From an uncultured bacterium (GTDB lineage: Bacteria > CSSED10-310 > CAZUFC01), in NCBI GenBank assembly GCA_964619725.1, contig CAZUFC010000030.1:19804-70867 (forward strand): DNA of 51,064 nucleotides. The letters run 5' to 3'. Shown here in pieces: positions 48,370 to 51,064 of the stretch. Below the pieces are notes generated by a model. That model was given only the letters and a program-made list of their open reading frames with translations, had not been told where the DNA came from and did no database searches. A program made the translations under genes and the position numbers. How positions within the stretch are numbered: the stretch's first letter is position 1; the number at the start of each line of letters is the position of its first letter.

Positions 48370-49572
48370 TCATTGTTCATAGACAATCCTGTACACCGCT
48401 CCGGCGTGATCGTCTGAAACGAGCATAGAACCGTCGTCCAGGACCAGGAGGTCGACAGGTCTTCCCCAGGTATTGCCTTCATGCCTCCAGCCTTGGGCGA
48501 AAACTTCATATTTGACGGCTTCGCCTTTTTCCATAGTAACCATCGTTATACGGTACCCGATAGGAACGGTCCTGTTCCATGACCCATGCTCGGCAATGAA
48601 GATATTGTTTTTATATTTACCGGGAAACATGTCTCCGGTGTAAAAACGCATACCCAGGGATGCGACGTGAGGTCCTAGCTCAATTTCCGGTTTCTGGAAC
48701 TCATCGCAATTTCTGTCGTACTGGGGATCGCTGATGTCATTGCCGTGACAATAAGGAAATCCGAAATGCTGTCCCGTCTTTTCAAGTTTGTTCAACTCAT
48801 CCGGGGGCCTGTCGTCTCCCATCCAGTCTCTGCCGTTATCCGTGAACCAGAGCTTCCCGGTTTCAGGATGCCAGTCGAAACCGACCGTATTCCTCACTCC
48901 CCGCGCTATCACCTCATACCCGGTTCCGTCCGGGTTTATTCGAGTGATAGAAGCGAACGGGTCATCGCGTTCACAGAGGTTACAGGGAGCGCCCACCGGA
49001 ACATAAAGTTTGCCGTCAGGGCCGAAAGCGATGAATTTCCAGCCATGATGCCCTTTTTCGGGATAATCGTCGTAGACGACTTCGGGTTCAGGCGGATTCT
49101 TCAATCGCTCATCAATATCATCGAATCGAAGAATGCGGGACATCTCCGCCACATAAAGCGCTCCGTCTTTCACCGCCACGCCGTTCGGCATGTTCAGTCC
49201 ATCAGCAACCACGTAAACTTCATCGGCCTTTTTGTCATTATCCGTGTCCTTCAAAGCGAAAACCTTGTCGTTCGTCCGCGTTCCCACGAACAATGTCCCC
49301 TGGCTGCTCATCGCCAGCGAGCGCGCGTTTTCAATGTTATCCGCATAAACGTCAATGCGGAAGCCGGCAGGCAGTTGTATTCTGTCCAGATTCAACTTCC
49401 TCTCCTCCGATGGAAAAAAAGTCGCAGAATAAGCCTCCGTATGGAAAATAAGTCCTGTCCTTATTGCTTTTGCGACGTTTTTTCCTATCGGAGTATACTG
49501 ATACAAAAGAAAAAATGCTGCAGCCAAAGCCGCTGTCGCGACCCCCGTTCCTATTAATATTTTTCTGATCAT
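48370..49572 (-). CDS. PQQ-dependent soluble sugar (glucose/sorbosone) dehydrogenase family protein, beta-propeller.
   Basis: The 400-aa ORF has an N-terminal signal/anchor. GSDH-family motifs are present (NTVGFDWHPETGKLWFTDNGRDWMGDDRPPDELN; GQHFGFPYCHG). An aaggagg SD is present. Confidence 0.85.
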   Translation of the reverse strand: MIRKILIGTGVATAALAAAFFLLYQYTPIGKNVAKAIRTGLIFHTEAYSATFFPSEERKLNLDRIQLPAGFRIDVYADNIENARSLAMSSQGTLFVGTRTNDKVFALKDTDNDKKADEVYVVADGLNMPNGVAVKDGALYVAEMSRILRFDDIDERLKNPPEPEVVYDDYPEKGHHGWKFIAFGPDGKLYVPVGAPCNLCERDDPFASITRINPDGTGYEVIARGVRNTVGFDWHPETGKLWFTDNGRDWMGDDRPPDELNKLEKTGQHFGFPYCHGNDISDPQYDRNCDEFQKPEIELGPHVASLGMRFYTGDMFPGKYKNNIFIAEHGSWNRTVPIGYRITMVTMEKGEAVKYEVFAQGWRHEGNTWGRPVDLLVLDDGSMLVSDDHAGAVYRIVYEQ

Positions 49573-49911
49573 ATTTTTTGCCTCCTTGCCGTGGCGTTTA
49601 CCGCTTCCGGAAAAAAACTCCTGTTCATGCGATTTCTTTCTTCGCCCGGTTCATGTTAATTGTTCCATAAAAAGCGTTTCCTGTTTTCTTTAATCCGTTT
49701 TTCCCCAGAAAAAATAATCGCGAGTCTCCGATAATGAAGAATCCGGGCCCTATACTCAGGAGCAAAAAATATACCAGAAGGCACGGTTTTTGCTGTTATA
49801 AAATCGAAGGATTTTTATATTCGGAATTCAATGGAAGTCGTTCCATATCATAATTGTCCGGATGTCGATCGGTAAGCGACACTATAACTTCAACATTTCA
49901 GGAGGTTAAAG

Positions 49912-50419
49912 ATGAACGGAAGAAAAGGAATTGCCTGGGGAATCGTCTTAGTCGTCACGGCGGCAGCGGTAAGTGTTCTGGCAGGCGGCATGATGCCGAA
50001 ACCGGAAGGATAGGATTTCTGGGAATACATTTCGCAAAAAGACCCTTACACGGAATGGAAACATTGGCCAGGTTATGAAGAAATGTATACGGGAAAAAGT
50101 CCGCATGGAGCCTATCTGGAGCTTTACGTCAACGATAAGGCTTACAAGGCGATCCAGGAGGACAAAAAAACGATGTCCTACGGCGCCGTCATCGTAAAAG
50201 AAAATTACGCTGAAGATAAAAAAACCCTCAAGGCGATAACTCCCATGTATAAAGTCGAAGGATTCGCCTGAAGACGGCGACTGGTTCTTGGCCAAATACG
50301 GACCGAAAGGAAAAGTAATGGCGGCAGGACAGGTCAAGGGATGCATCGATTGCCATAAAGCCATGCAGAAAAATGACTGGCTGTTTACAGGTAAAAAGAA
50401 AATAGAGCATAGTCATTGA
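49912..50419 (+). pseudogene. Cytochrome P460 / cytochrome c'-beta family gene disrupted by an in-frame TAG and a frameshift.
   Basis: An aggagg SD precedes the ATG at 49912 and the signal peptide MNGRKGIAWGIVLVVTAAAVSVLAGG. A TAG stop lies at 50011-50013. The same frame continues as DFWEYISQKDPYTEWKHWPG...VIVKENYAEDKK.. to a TGA at 50269. The +1 frame then carries DGDWFLAKYGPKGKVMAAGQVKGCIDCHKAMQKNDWLFTG to 50419. The C-terminal heme motif context resembles Nitrosomonas P460 (..NWAFY...CAACHKENAKTDMVFTQ). Confidence 0.65.
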
Positions 50420-50531
50420 ACGGCATTCATCAATATCACAGCACATGTACGCAAACTCGAACCCCGATTTAAATTTTTAGCGCTGGACAGGAGCTGCGGT
50501 TTTTGATCCGAAAATTAAGCTTTATTTTGAT

Positions 50532-50686
50532 GACTGATCAAACCTGTGTTACACTTCCTTAAAAACTTTCGACAGTTTGTTTCAGTGATCGGGGTCGGTA
50601 TCGGTATCGGGGTCGGGATCGCAATCGGGTGCAAAATCTAAATAAAATGATGGGAGGTTGCGGAGAATTGTAACCTCAAAAGACGC
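50532..50686 (+). repeat. Family B MITE-like element, full copy.
   Basis: gactgatcaaacctgtgttacacttccttaaaaactttcgacagtttgtttcagtgatc is followed by ggggtcggtatcggtatcggggtcgggatcgcaatcggg and then tgcaaaatctaaataaaatgatgggaggttgcggagaattgtaacctcaaaagac. Confidence 0.85.
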
Positions 50687-50744
50687 ATCTTTGCTCAATG
50701 CCGCATGGAAAAATGGCTTCGCAGATGTCATTGCTGCCGAACCG

Positions 50745-50816
50745 CTTGACGAAGTTTATTTTACGTCGATATCGACTCTCTTATTCATGTGATTCGTGTG
50801 ATTCGTGGTTTGCTTT
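50745..50816. repeat. Repeat family A copy 3 (GTGATTC heptamer/iteron-like).
   Basis: ttgacgaagtttattttacgtcgatatcgactctcttattcatgtgattcgtgtgattcgtggtttgcttta aligns with 491-560. Confidence 0.75.
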
Positions 50817-51064
50817 ATCAACGTTTTAATCGCCGTTTGCGTTTGTCCGAGCTTGATTCGGGTCCCTTCGGAAAAATGCGGCCTATAATTTCAACAACGT
50901 CTGCTGAGCCGCATTCGCGTAATCGGATTTTGACAGCGCATTTGAAAGCGGCAGGATGCCGCTTCTACTTTCTCTTCGTCTTTTGAGGATGTTTTTTGTT
51001 AGAGCTGTAGAATCTCCTTTGAAATATATGCATCGAGGAATGGCTTCGCGGATGACCTTACTGC

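Noticed and set aside
49912-50013. The in-frame TAG in the P460-like gene as a recoded (pyrrolysine or suppressed) codon.
   Set aside because: A second lesion, the frameshift at 50240-50271, occurs in the same gene. There is no evidence of pyl genes, and TAG is used as an ordinary stop elsewhere in the window. A pseudogene is the simpler explanation.

Overview
This is a bacterial chromosomal segment of about 48% GC, probably from a Gram-negative organism of deltaproteobacterial/Nitrospira-like type. That is inferred from gene content: an outer-membrane porin-cytochrome module, NAD-dependent LigA and sigma-54-type promoters. It is gene-dense, and its intergenic regions are unusually rich in structured repeats. 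Coding content, in window order, is as follows. It starts with a DUF72 protein and a Lon-like AAA+/S16 protease with a degenerate Walker A motif and a coiled-coil insertion. A stress island follows: two paralogous triple-BON-domain proteins, Hsp20, a tandem PRC-barrel protein and an N-terminally truncated LVIVD-repeat protein. Next come a polX-ligA repair gene pair and a complete N-type (Na+-translocating) ATPase operon in the order atpD-C-Q-R-B-E-F-A-G. The c subunit carries the full Na+-ligand signature, and a cation:proton antiporter gene is translationally coupled between atpQ and atpR. After that are a HisKA_2 histidine kinase / receiver / PAS cluster, a hemerythrin-like protein, a PfkB kinase and an orphan receiver. 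A pyruvate-dehydrogenase-type complex follows in the unusual order E2-E3-SDR-E1, then a second Hsp20. Next is a glutaredoxin-like protein beside a ferredoxin:thioredoxin-reductase-catalytic-subunit/rubredoxin fusion, then a flavoprotein disulfide reductase. The most striking locus is a four-gene minus-strand operon: an encapsulated ferritin cargo, a family-1 encapsulin shell, an MtrA/MtoA-like decaheme cytochrome and a 28-strand-size outer-membrane beta-barrel, all behind a near-consensus sigma-54 promoter. I read this as a possible iron-handling / extracellular electron transfer plus nanocompartment iron-storage system. The segment ends with a 1286-aa multi-PAS histidine kinase, a PQQ-type soluble sugar dehydrogenase and a disrupted cytochrome P460-family gene. 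Non-coding content includes three recurrent repeat families. The first is a MITE/BOX-like element, present roughly once per 5 kb in 9 copies. It is built from about 50-nt imperfect inverted-repeat arms around a variable (NTCGGN)n hexanucleotide microsatellite. The second is a GTGATTC/iteron-like family with 3 copies, and the third is a 150-bp family with 2 copies that sits upstream of plus-strand genes. There are also CCATTGAACATTGG-type repeats flanking the stress island, a nested palindromic element, a perfect 34-bp palindrome, and four to five sigma-54 -24/-12 promoters in front of stress and iron genes.
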